A stretch of 64,000 nt of DNA from IMG/VR virus record IMGVR_UViG_3300028653_000011. One strand, written 5' to 3'. A program made the position numbers and the translations under genes. This DNA comes from a virus (lineage: Duplodnaviria; Heunggongvirae; Uroviricota; Caudoviricetes). Numbering within the stretch: the first letter of the stretch is position 1; each line of letters opens with the position of its first letter. Under the pieces are notes generated by a model. The model did not search any database and was not told the origin of the DNA. It worked only from the letters and a program-made list of their open reading frames with translations. Below, in pieces: positions 1-7,846 of this stretch.

Positions 1-463
1 CGGGATCGTCGAGGCTGACCGAACGGCGTACGCGTTGATTCTTCTGCTTCGTCTTGATGATGAGCCAGTTCTTTGAAACTACATTGAAGTATGAGAACGC
101 GTTAGTTCCTCTGGTCGAGTCAAACTTATGTAGCGTCTCGAACAGGAAGTTGATGCAGTCGTTCTTCAGGTCATCGTAGGTGTCGTGCAGTGAAGTGAAC
201 TTATGGATGTTGATCAGGTTCTCAACCAACTTCTGGAATGCCGGCAAGATGCTGGTGACGTAAAGCCTGTCTCGTTCCTTCTTGTCGCCGGCCTTGTCGG
301 CGATCTGAAAGGCGACAATGGCGGCCTGCGTGCCAGCATTGAAGTACATGCGGGCGGCCTTGGCGGCCGCCTTCTGCTCGGGCGTCAAGGGAGGTGTAGC
401 AGGTTGAGGTTCGACGATCATTGGATTGTGACCTTTGACGGCGACAACATTCTTACGCTTCAT
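1..463 (-). CDS. Phage sigma factor (sigma70 region 2 / T4 gp55-like), 3' end outside window
   Basis: Not in the ORF track. Manual translation from ATG 463: MKRKNVVAVK...RMYFNAGTQAAIVAF...FQKLVENLINIHKF...LKNDCINFLFETLHKFDSTRGTNAFSYFNVVSKNWLI. The 'KFD..RGTNAFSYF' segment matches sigma region 2.3. Confidence 0.8.
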   Translation of the reverse strand, partial: MKRKNVVAVKGHNPMIVEPQPATPPLTPEQKAAAKAARMYFNAGTQAAIVAFQIADKAGDKKERDRLYVTSILPAFQKLVENLINIHKFTSLHDTYDDLKNDCINFLFETLHKFDSTRGTNAFSYFNVVSKNWLIIKTKQKNQRVRRSVSLDDP

Positions 464-496
464 TGATCACCGGTTGAAAGGCCATGTTAGTTGATC

Positions 497-814
497 TTAC
501 ACCACATCGTCAGTCGTGGCCCCGGAACCGCCATAGGCCACGACCTTGCTGGCGACTGCCAACACGCTGTTGCGTGCCAGCTTGATGTCATGGATGACGT
601 CTTGGATGACAGGTTCATCGCTGAGGACCGGGATTGCCGCGTGGTGAGCCAGCCGCGCGTAACAGTGATCGAGCACGTCGAGTGATTCTTCAATCTGATC
701 GACGAGCTCTTCACGTTGGTCGCTCAATGCTAGGTTCTGCCTCACCGTCACCAGGTTCAACCAGGCTGAGCCCAACAGTAACAACGTGACAATGATGGCC
801 CATGCCCACAGCAT
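497..814 (-). CDS. Small membrane-anchored coiled-coil protein
   Basis: N-terminal hydrophobic helix (MLWAWAIIVTLLLLGSAWL) followed by a heptad-rich region; start overlaps the upstream stop. Confidence 0.7.
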   Translation of the reverse strand: MLWAWAIIVTLLLLGSAWLNLVTVRQNLALSDQREELVDQIEESLDVLDHCYARLAHHAAIPVLSDEPVIQDVIHDIKLARNSVLAVASKVVAYGGSGATTDDVV

Positions 815-1971
815 CAGATGTACTCCTTGAGGGCGGCGTCGTACTGCTTGCAGATTGCACTGAGGCTGTACTTCTCCAACAACACTGGTGCCAGTTCAGT
901 CGCCCACTGCTTGGGAATGGTGGGGCTCTGCCTGAACTTCAACACGCGCTTCTTCACATCTTCCTCACTGGCGTTGGCCCATCGGGCGCCCTTGACGAAG
1001 ATCTTGTTATCGATGCGGCTCGCGTGAACTTCGGCCAACTGGTAGTAGATGCTGACGTACTTGCCGTGCTTCATGAAGTCAAGGTGACCTGACCAGCCCG
1101 TGGCAATGACGGGTAGGCCCGACGCCGCGGCTTCGAGGATGGGGAGGCCATAGCCCTCGCCCCGCGTCAGAGTGACCAGTGCCTTGACCTTCGGGTGCTT
1201 GTACAGTGCAGCGACCTCACCGTCGGTCATGTCGCCGTGAAGCAGGTAGGCCTTGGGAAACTTGTTGCCTCGCCGTGACTCATTGATGACGCCCGTCAAT
1301 AGGTTCTTCGTCAGACCGCGATCAATGAGGCTATTCTTACCGACGTTGGTCTTGAGGATGATGCCTACTTCGGCATCATCCTTGAACGTTTCACACAGCC
1401 ACTTGATGGTGTAGAAGATGTTCTTGCGATCGCTCTCGGCGTTGGCGCCCGTCAGCTGGCCAAAGACCAAGAAGTTGAAGGGGGTGTCAAAGTCGAGCGC
1501 CAAGTCAATCGGAGGTTCGCTGATGGCGGTGCTGTAGGCCTCAGGAATGACGTAGAGGGGCCGCGTCACCGTGCCCGAATTGGTCAAGCACGCCTTGGTG
1601 TGCTGTGACGGGACGACGACAGCAGTCATCTTGTTACATGCGGCGACCCACTCGGGATTGCAGCGGTCGGTCTCGACGCCGGCGGTGATGCCGATGTTGA
1701 TGGGGGCAAGGGTGGGATCCCATTCATTGGGAAGTTGCAATTGCACCGTGACGTCGGCCTTGGTGTCGAAGGGCACGCTGCGCTGCATGATCTGTCCGAC
1801 GAGGCCTCCGTGAAGCTCGGCGTCAATGAGCCAGGGTGTGTCTCCCCATGGCAGAGTACCAAACTTGACGTCAAGATCAGGACGAGACAGGAGCCACTTC
1901 GCCAGCTGGCGCGCGTGCACCCCGTAACCCGATTGTGTCAGTGAGGGTCCGCGAAGGAGGACGGTTTTCAT
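814..1971 (-). CDS. GT-B glycosyltransferase (GT4-like)
   Basis: SGYG at the N-terminus, RKNI, 'TRGEGYGLPILEAAASGLPVIATGWSGHLDF' (EX7E motif). Confidence 0.92.
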   Translation of the reverse strand: MKTVLLRGPSLTQSGYGVHARQLAKWLLSRPDLDVKFGTLPWGDTPWLIDAELHGGLVGQIMQRSVPFDTKADVTVQLQLPNEWDPTLAPINIGITAGVETDRCNPEWVAACNKMTAVVVPSQHTKACLTNSGTVTRPLYVIPEAYSTAISEPPIDLALDFDTPFNFLVFGQLTGANAESDRKNIFYTIKWLCETFKDDAEVGIILKTNVGKNSLIDRGLTKNLLTGVINESRRGNKFPKAYLLHGDMTDGEVAALYKHPKVKALVTLTRGEGYGLPILEAAASGLPVIATGWSGHLDFMKHGKYVSIYYQLAEVHASRIDNKIFVKGARWANASEEDVKKRVLKFRQSPTIPKQWATELAPVLLEKYSLSAICKQYDAALKEYI

Positions 1972-3224
1972 AGCTCCACCTTACTCCACCTCGCCGGCCG
2001 CTTGCCCGCTTTCCACTCACTGACCAACTTAGTCAGTGACGTATCCCAATTAACAATCATCTGGTTGATGTTGTAGTCCCTCAAGGCATGTGCTCGGCAC
2101 TTGATGCCTAAGGCGTCACGGCCCTCGGCACCCATGTCGTACACTGTCATGAAGGCCTTGGCCAGCGTTTCATGTGAACAGAAGTCCTCAAAGATGTAGG
2201 GCACAAGTTGATTGCCCACTAGCGTCTTGACCTCAGGTTCAATGGCCACTCCGTACTGCTCCCCCGTCTGATAGTCCTCGACCTGTCGCGTCAGGCCACC
2301 CGTCTTCAGTGCAATGATGGGCTTACCTGCCATCTTGGCCTCGAGGATGGGTAGGCCAAAGCCTTCATTGCAGCTACGATTGACGACGGTGTCACAGACG
2401 TTGTAGAGGGCGTTCATCTCCGGGAAGCCGATGCGATCCTTCGAGAAGATGACGTGGTTGCGCAGGTGTAGCATGTCGATGACGTGGTGCAGGTTCGGGC
2501 CCTCAGGATCGAGGGGATCAGAGTGGCACACAAATGACGCCTTGCGGTGACCTTCCTTCTTCTCAAGCGCGTCGAGGAACTGCTTGAAGGAGACGATGAT
2601 GTCGGACGGCACCTTGCGGCGTGCATTGCGGCTGACGAACAACACGGTGAAGTGATCGAGCCTGTCCTTACCCAGGACCAATTCCTTCAAGCGTGCCTTC
2701 TCGGAGGCGGGCAGTGGGAAGAAGATGTTGTCGGGGACGGCGTGCGGGATGTAGTTGGTCTTGTCGGGAAAGCGCTGGTGGACCATGTCGTAGGTCGGGT
2801 AGTTGATGCAATTGACGAGGTCGATTGACTCGTAGATGACGCGATTGAACTCGGGCCACGGGGGATTGTCCCATAGGTGATTGTAGGCGATCGGACAGAG
2901 TTGGTGGATTTCGTCCTCAATCTCCCACACGTGCATGAAGAATCGTGGGTCAGTGAAAAGTAGTAACACATCGGGTCGTTCAACTGCAAGTACTTGTCGT
3001 AGGATGTTCTTGTTACCAAAGCCATCAATGGGTTTGATGATGAAGTCATCGCTGACTTTGATGGTGTCGTAATTCTCGTGCTTGACGGCACCCCCGAATA
3101 CTTTGAAGCTGTACTTGCCGGTGTTGATGAGGCCTTGCGCGAGCCAACGGGACTGCGTTCCGACGCCCGAAGTAGACAACGGGTGATCTGCGAGCATCAG
3201 GATCTTCGTCTTCTGTTGTGTCAT
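1968..3224 (-). CDS. GT-B glycosyltransferase (GT4-like)
   Basis: Likely start MTQQKTKILML at 3224; 'SGVG', 'RNARRK', 'EGFGLPILEAKMAGKPII'. Confidence 0.92.
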   Translation of the reverse strand: MTQQKTKILMLADHPLSTSGVGTQSRWLAQGLINTGKYSFKVFGGAVKHENYDTIKVSDDFIIKPIDGFGNKNILRQVLAVERPDVLLLFTDPRFFMHVWEIEDEIHQLCPIAYNHLWDNPPWPEFNRVIYESIDLVNCINYPTYDMVHQRFPDKTNYIPHAVPDNIFFPLPASEKARLKELVLGKDRLDHFTVLFVSRNARRKVPSDIIVSFKQFLDALEKKEGHRKASFVCHSDPLDPEGPNLHHVIDMLHLRNHVIFSKDRIGFPEMNALYNVCDTVVNRSCNEGFGLPILEAKMAGKPIIALKTGGLTRQVEDYQTGEQYGVAIEPEVKTLVGNQLVPYIFEDFCSHETLAKAFMTVYDMGAEGRDALGIKCRAHALRDYNINQMIVNWDTSLTKLVSEWKAGKRPARWSKVEL

Positions 3225-3289
3225 TGCGGCCCAAGACCTTTCGTGATCAGCATCATACTCAACTCTAATCCTGTTGTGCAGGTATTGAT

Positions 3290-4159
3290 CTACGTACAGT
3301 GCGGCGTCTGGTAAAATTGACAGAACGTACAACTGGCCCGATTCTTCTTCGTCACCCCCGCCTTGATGCTAGTCAGCATGTTGTTGACGACCTGCAGCGA
3401 CCGCCTCGTCGTCACTTCCCCCACTGACACCGAGAACAATTCGCAGCGCGCGCCGGCCTTAGCAGTCCGCTTCAACAGAACGAAGCCACACCTGACGTCC
3501 TTGGGATCTGTCCCCGTCTTGATCGACCAATAGTTCTTGTAGAGGATGATCTGCGCCTTGACCATGTCGTCTTCTTTCTTCTCGCGCTTCCACCCCCAGC
3601 CACACGTCTTCCAGTCGAGCAACCAGACCAGTCGCTTCTTGAACGGTCCATCACACAGGATGACGCCGTCAATGTAACCCTTGAAGGCATGCGGGTGGCC
3701 CTCGATGGGTTCATAGAGGTAGTGCTCGGCGTCGATGAACTCCCAATTCTTGAACGTCGCATCGAGCCACGCAGGTACTTCGGGCAGGATCGCCAATCCC
3801 TCCTTGCCGAACTGCGTGAAGGCATCGGTGGTGTAGTCACCAGGCAATCGGACGGCGTGCTCGGTCCACAGCTCTTTCAACTTGTCGAGAAAGATGCGCT
3901 TGACCATCTTGCGGGTGCGGAGGTAGTGCTCGCAGGCCGCGTGCATCGCCGTGCCGAAGTCCATGTGGACGCTGGGTAGATCGGCATCGATGTGGTCAAT
4001 GTGCTGCAACTTGTGACGGTAACTGCATTCCGCCCAACCCTTGACTTCGCTGAAGGACACGTGCAGCTTACCCGTGGGCAATAACTCGAAACGCGACGGA
4101 TCAATCGTTTCAGGTACCGCGCCGTCTGCACCAGCGACGATGTCCTCTGGTTCACTCAT
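3290..4159 (-). CDS. PD-(D/E)XK nuclease, RecB/AddB/Cas4-like with putative Fe-S cysteines
   Basis: 'SFSE...C', 'FGTAMH', 'FKGYIDGV', 'LLDWKT', 'QIILY', C-terminal 'CTFCQFYQTPHC'. Confidence 0.88.
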   Translation of the reverse strand: MSEPEDIVAGADGAVPETIDPSRFELLPTGKLHVSFSEVKGWAECSYRHKLQHIDHIDADLPSVHMDFGTAMHAACEHYLRTRKMVKRIFLDKLKELWTEHAVRLPGDYTTDAFTQFGKEGLAILPEVPAWLDATFKNWEFIDAEHYLYEPIEGHPHAFKGYIDGVILCDGPFKKRLVWLLDWKTCGWGWKREKKEDDMVKAQIILYKNYWSIKTGTDPKDVRCGFVLLKRTAKAGARCELFSVSVGEVTTRRSLQVVNNMLTSIKAGVTKKNRASCTFCQFYQTPHCT

Positions 4160-4165
4160 CCCATG

Positions 4166-4194
4166 ATCTTATGCCACGTGCACGTCGAGTTCAA
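4166..4194 (-). promoter_or_regulatory. Sigma70-like promoter for a leaderless transcript of the nuclease gene
   Basis: TTGAAC-17 nt-TAAGAT; the -10 hexamer ends 6 nt before the ATG at 4159. Confidence 0.6.
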
Positions 4195-4379
4195 CGGCCG
4201 CAGAACAGGCCTTCTCGCTGCATTGCTGCCAGGCAACGGTCGACAGCACCGGGCTCGCCGCCACGCTTGTTGGCCTCCTCGAGACGCTCGGCACAGCGTT
4301 GGAGGTGTTGTGCCTTGATGCCGTTGAGCAGGCCCGTCACCCACCACTTGTTGATGAGTTCAGATCGTTCTGTTGTCAT
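4191..4379 (-). CDS. Small protein resembling a major capsid protein N-terminus
   Basis: MTTERSELINKWWVTGLLNGI...; ATG lies directly after the tRNA-like element. Confidence 0.55.
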   Translation of the reverse strand: MTTERSELINKWWVTGLLNGIKAQHLQRCAERLEEANKRGGEPGAVDRCLAAMQREGLFCGR

Positions 4380-4380
4380 G

Positions 4381-4452
4381 CGCTCCCGGAGGGATTCGGA
4401 CCCTCGCACATCCGGTTGAAATCGGACTGCTCTGCCACTGAGCTACGGGAGC
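4381..4452 (-). tRNA. tRNA-like gene with expanded 8-nt anticodon loop (AUUUCAAC); identity ambiguous (Glu-UUC, opal UCA, or quadruplet UUCA)
   Basis: Minus strand folds as GCTCCCG TA GCTC-AGTGGCA-GAGC A GTCCG-ATTTCAAC-CGGAT GTGC GAGGG-TCCGAAT-CCCTC CGGGAGC G. All four stems pair; the T-loop has C at position 55; no encoded CCA. Confidence 0.8.
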
Positions 4453-4458
4453 AGTGAT

Positions 4459-4872
4459 CTATGGCTTTCGAACGATGAGACTTGCTCGCGCCGCATTGCG
4501 CCGGAGGAGCTCTGCATAGAACTCCTTCTTCTGTGATCGCCATTCATCTAGATAGACGCGCTCTTCTGCAGGACGCCATGGGTTGACGTCCTCACCCGGT
4601 GATATGTAGTCGCTGGTCGTCGGTGGGTGCTTGAACTGCGCGAACAACCAGTCGAGGCACCACTCGCACAGCGAGAAGGTGTATGACGTCGAGTCGTCGA
4701 GTGCGCCACAGCCATTGCCCGGCGTCGAGTCGTAGCCCCCACTGACGGTGCAGTTGATGAGGCCCATGGGTGATAGGGCATTGTCGGCGTGGTGCGGTGC
4801 CGCGCAGGCTTCCCCACACAGGTTGCAGGGAGGTAGGGGCTTGGTGGGCAGCAGTTGTTTGTCGTCGCTCAT
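4459..4872 (-). CDS. Hypothetical protein with two CxxC motifs (zinc-binding)
   Basis: 'CNLCG', 'SGGYDS', 'FSLCEWCLDWLF'; ATGA overlap with the upstream gene. Confidence 0.75.
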   Translation of the reverse strand: MSDDKQLLPTKPLPPCNLCGEACAAPHHADNALSPMGLINCTVSGGYDSTPGNGCGALDDSTSYTFSLCEWCLDWLFAQFKHPPTTSDYISPGEDVNPWRPAEERVYLDEWRSQKKEFYAELLRRNAARASLIVRKP

Positions 4873-5288
4873 TCGTAAAGTCCATATCCCCCGATGTTGA
4901 TGTTCGGGCTTTCGTCTTCAGTGACCTTGTACTTGAAGTCAGGATTGCCTAATTGGGCGATGCGAAGCCAGAGCTCGGCGAACGCCCCACCGTTGTAGTC
5001 AAACGAGAGGTTCTCATCAAGCACCTCGACGAAGTCATTGGGATCGATACCTGCCGCCTTGAGCTTCTCAGCAATTTCGGCAGGCATTGCCATGTCTTCA
5101 TAGTCAGCACACACATCGTCGGTCAAGTTGAACCCGACCTTCTCACAACCCTTCTTGTACGCCTTCACGACGTCCTTCTTCTCGAGGTTGCTGATGATGG
5201 TCACAGTATCAGTCCTGGAGTGACCATCGTGTGAATAATCACCCAACACTAGGTTGATCGTGTGCTGTAATTCCGGGTCCTTGCTCAC
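4869..5288 (-). CDS. Hypothetical phage protein
   Basis: Likely GTG start at 5288 overlapping the upstream TGA; 'LVLGDYSHDGH' and C-terminal 'IGGYGLYE'. Confidence 0.75.
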   Translation of the reverse strand: MSKDPELQHTINLVLGDYSHDGHSRTDTVTIISNLEKKDVVKAYKKGCEKVGFNLTDDVCADYEDMAMPAEIAEKLKAAGIDPNDFVEVLDENLSFDYNGGAFAELWLRIAQLGNPDFKYKVTEDESPNINIGGYGLYE

Positions 5289-5632
5289 GCCAGCTCCTTC
5301 AGGGCCAGCGGCAGGCCCCTGCACAGTTCGACCGCCTTCGGGTGAGGTTCGATCGCAATGGCGGTGATCTCGCCACCCACATCGGGCTCCCGAAACACCG
5401 ACCACCTGAGGCCGTGATCCTTGGCCCGAGCGATCAGCCGCATCAGCTCGACCTCGTCGTCGACCGACAGCCACGCCAAGAAGTTAGAGTTGGTGAACCA
5501 CTCGGCATCGAGGTCGGGATGGTCAGCGGTGAACTGGCGCAGGGCGTGCTGCGACTGCACCCCTTGGTAACCGGGAGCGATGTCCCTCCGGGTGACGACG
5601 AACAACTTATCGCCTTCCTTGATGGCAGTCAC
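5285..5632 (-). CDS. Peptidyl-tRNA hydrolase II (Pth2)-like protein
   Basis: GTG at 5632 with GGGAG SD; 'KLFVVTRRDIAPGYQGVQSQHA...FREPDVGGEITAIAIEP...LPL' matches the Pth2-fold pattern (RxDL, QxxHA, EPD, TA). Confidence 0.8.
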   Translation of the reverse strand: MTAIKEGDKLFVVTRRDIAPGYQGVQSQHALRQFTADHPDLDAEWFTNSNFLAWLSVDDEVELMRLIARAKDHGLRWSVFREPDVGGEITAIAIEPHPKAVELCRGLPLALKELA

Positions 5633-6288
5633 CTTGCTGCTCCCATGATTTTTTCGAGCAGCCTCACGACGCTCTGGCCGACGCTTTGATATGGTGTAGT
5701 CGCTGTTCGATCGGAGGTAGACTGAGGAGTCTGCGCGAGACACGGGGTTGGCTGCATAGGCGGCGGTGTCGCGGGCGACATTGCAGACGACGCAATCACA
5801 GTTAGGACGGTGGGCTTTTGCGAAGCGGGCAGCGAGCCCGCGGTCAATGATGCAGTCATCGCAGTCGCACTCGGCGAGGTGGAAGCCGGGAACTTTTCGA
5901 TGACCCACTGGGGTGGCTTGGTGCCGCCCTGCTTCACCCACCTGCCCACGCCCCCGTCGAGCAGTTGCTTGACCATCTCGAGGTCGTACCTCACGTACCC
6001 TCTTTTTGAGTCCCACATGTTGTGTTGGTTGATGATGTCGAGCACGTACTGTGCTTTTGGCTTGTTGTTTGCTGCGCATTGTTCAATGTTGTAGTAGGGG
6101 ACGCCTCGGAGAAAGCCATAGGCGATCAGGTGATGTCGACAGTGAACGCCCAACGCTCGCTTGGTGTTCCACAGGTCGTTCTTGCGTTTGCCTGCAGCCT
6201 TGTGAATGCGTGATGAGATGGTGAAACCCGTGGCTTGAAGACCACGAATTTTGGCCCGTAGGACTTGGAGACCGATGTGATGTGCCAT
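5629..6288 (-). CDS. Hypothetical phage protein upstream of the Pth2-like gene
   Basis: GAGG SD; 'RHHLIAYGFLRGVPYYNIE' core; S/T/P/A-rich C-terminal half overlaps an open second frame. Confidence 0.75.
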   Translation of the reverse strand: MAHHIGLQVLRAKIRGLQATGFTISSRIHKAAGKRKNDLWNTKRALGVHCRHHLIAYGFLRGVPYYNIEQCAANNKPKAQYVLDIINQHNMWDSKRGYVRYDLEMVKQLLDGGVGRWVKQGGTKPPQWVIEKFPASTSPSATAMTASLTAGSLPASQKPTVLTVIASSAMSPATPPPMQPTPCLAQTPQSTSDRTATTPYQSVGQSVVRLLEKIMGAAR

Positions 6289-6291
6289 GAT

Positions 6292-6369
6292 GTGAACCTC
6301 TTGTTTGAACTCTCGAGTGACGGTGCTTCAACGTGTGAGTTGGAGAAACCGTCCCGAGGGAGGTCCACG
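6292..6369 (-). promoter_or_regulatory. Putative translational attenuator hairpin (anti-SD/SD)
   Basis: GTGGACCTC (6368-6360) pairs over 9 bp with GAGGTTCAC (6300-6292, contains the SD) and encloses the inner stem GACGGT/ACCGTC. Confidence 0.65.
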
Positions 6370-6388
6370 TGCCCTAGGTGCCGCGCAT

Positions 6389-6436
6389 TCAGCCGCCGAG
6401 CGTGGCGCTACGTCGTGTCTTGATACCCATCTTCAT
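6389..6436 (-). CDS. Putative 15-aa leader peptide MKMGIKTRRSATLGG
   Basis: ATG 5 nt after an ATAGTTA motif; ends TGA-A and is directly followed by mini-ORF ATG CGC GGC ACC TAG. Confidence 0.55.
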   Translation of the reverse strand: MKMGIKTRRSATLGG

Positions 6437-6452
6437 GTGAATAACTATACGG

Positions 6453-7019
6453 TCAACGGTGTTGATGTACAGGTCCGCTAATGCTGATGATGTCGGAGCG
6501 AAAAGCGCCGTCAGCTAGCGGTGGATCACGGTCATTGCTGCGCTTCAACTCGTCCTTGAGCCACTGCCAACCGTGCAACTGCACCACGGGTTCATACGGG
6601 CTGGGGTCGAGGATCAGGTAGCCCCGCCGATCGCGTGCTAGGCAGGCGATCCAGTGGCCCCCACCGTCGGCACCGTTGACATTGAAGATCAGCGCCTCAC
6701 CCCGGGCCAACGCCTCGTCGATGTGACGTTTGGCACCGGCAATGGTGGGTACAATGACGTAGTGGGCTCCAACGTTCAGCCTCATCGCCGCGAGCTCCAG
6801 GTGACGGTTGGTGGTACCCCGGCGGGTGGCCATGGCATGCCGTGCCACTTCATAGGGGTCGATGTCAACGCCCCACTTCAACAGGCAGTAGCGCAGCGAC
6901 CAGGGCCCACATCCCCACTTGTTGGGCTGGGGCTTGATGACGTGGCCGGCGATGCGGAGCGGCTTCTCGGGAGTGCCGCCACCGACGTGGTCGTACAGCT
7001 CCACGATGAAGGCGTTCAT
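6453..7019 (-). CDS. C39-like cysteine peptidase
   Basis: Start ATG at 7019 (TGATG overlap); 'QPNKWGCGPWSL', 'RGTT', 'GHWI', 'ILDPS' give the Q/C/H/D catalytic pattern. Confidence 0.75.
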   Translation of the reverse strand: MNAFIVELYDHVGGGTPEKPLRIAGHVIKPQPNKWGCGPWSLRYCLLKWGVDIDPYEVARHAMATRRGTTNRHLELAAMRLNVGAHYVIVPTIAGAKRHIDEALARGEALIFNVNGADGGGHWIACLARDRRGYLILDPSPYEPVVQLHGWQWLKDELKRSNDRDPPLADGAFRSDIISISGPVHQHR

Positions 7020-7846
7020 CAGACAATGCTCCGCATCCAGGGTGGCGGAGGATCGATGCGGGCCCCGGCGAAATATGTCGCGGGAGAGCTGATCATCTTC
7101 GTCATCATGCCGCACAGTTCGTTGTCGATCTGACACGAGTACAGGCCGTTCTGCAACTCCTGCGCGCTGTACGTCGCCTGCCTGACGTGGTGACGGGCAT
7201 TGCAGAGGTCGAAGTCGGCGTAGTGAATGTGGAAGTTGTAGAGGCGCTTGGCGTCGCCCTGTTGGTCGCCCCCACCCATGATGCGTTTGCCCCCGTTGAC
7301 GCCGACGAGGTCGTGCCAGCCGCGCCCCCACGTGGGCACCACCTTCCATAGGAAGGAGTTATCGAACTGTGGGCACCTGATGAAGGTGCTGCGCTGTGCC
7401 AGCAGCTTGCCACGGGCCGGGTCAAAGGCGGGCTCGGTGAGGGTGTTGTGGGTGACGTTGTAGCACGTCAGGAAGCGGTAGGGGTCGACACTGTTCTGCA
7501 CGAAATCATCGACGTACTTACCGAGGTCACAAGCGTGTTGGGGGCCGGGCACGATGACGTCGTCGGGCGACTCGCCGAACAGCACACAGTCATAGTCCTC
7601 GAGCAGGCGAGCGATGATGTTGACGATGTAGACGTTGTTCTTGCCGAATTCGACGGCTCCCGGAGCGACGACGGTCAGGCTGACACCGGCCTGCGTGCAC
7701 AGGTCGTTGGTAGCGTCGAGCGAGCCGTCGGAGTGGACGTGGAGGTCGCGGGGTTCGAAGAATTGCGAGTAGTGTGGAAGCCAGAATCGCTCGAGGAACA
7801 GTGCCTCCGACTTGACCTTGGCGAGCACAGCACAGCGTCGTTTCAT
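7019..7846 (-). CDS. GT-A glycosyltransferase-like (GT2 variant), paralog of 23801-24805
   Basis: 'KSEALFLERFWLPHY', 'SDGSLD', 'ESPDDVIVP', 'WGRGWH', 'FHIHYAD'. Confidence 0.65.
   Translation of the reverse strand: MKRRCAVLAKVKSEALFLERFWLPHYSQFFEPRDLHVHSDGSLDATNDLCTQAGVSLTVVAPGAVEFGKNNVYIVNIIARLLEDYDCVLFGESPDDVIVPGPQHACDLGKYVDDFVQNSVDPYRFLTCYNVTHNTLTEPAFDPARGKLLAQRSTFIRCPQFDNSFLWKVVPTWGRGWHDLVGVNGGKRIMGGGDQQGDAKRLYNFHIHYADFDLCNARHHVRQATYSAQELQNGLYSCQIDNELCGMMTKMISSPATYFAGARIDPPPPWMRSIV

Noticed and set aside
3290-4159. Cas4 / CRISPR-Cas locus
   Set aside because: No array or other cas genes are visible; solo PD-(D/E)XK nucleases are common in phages.
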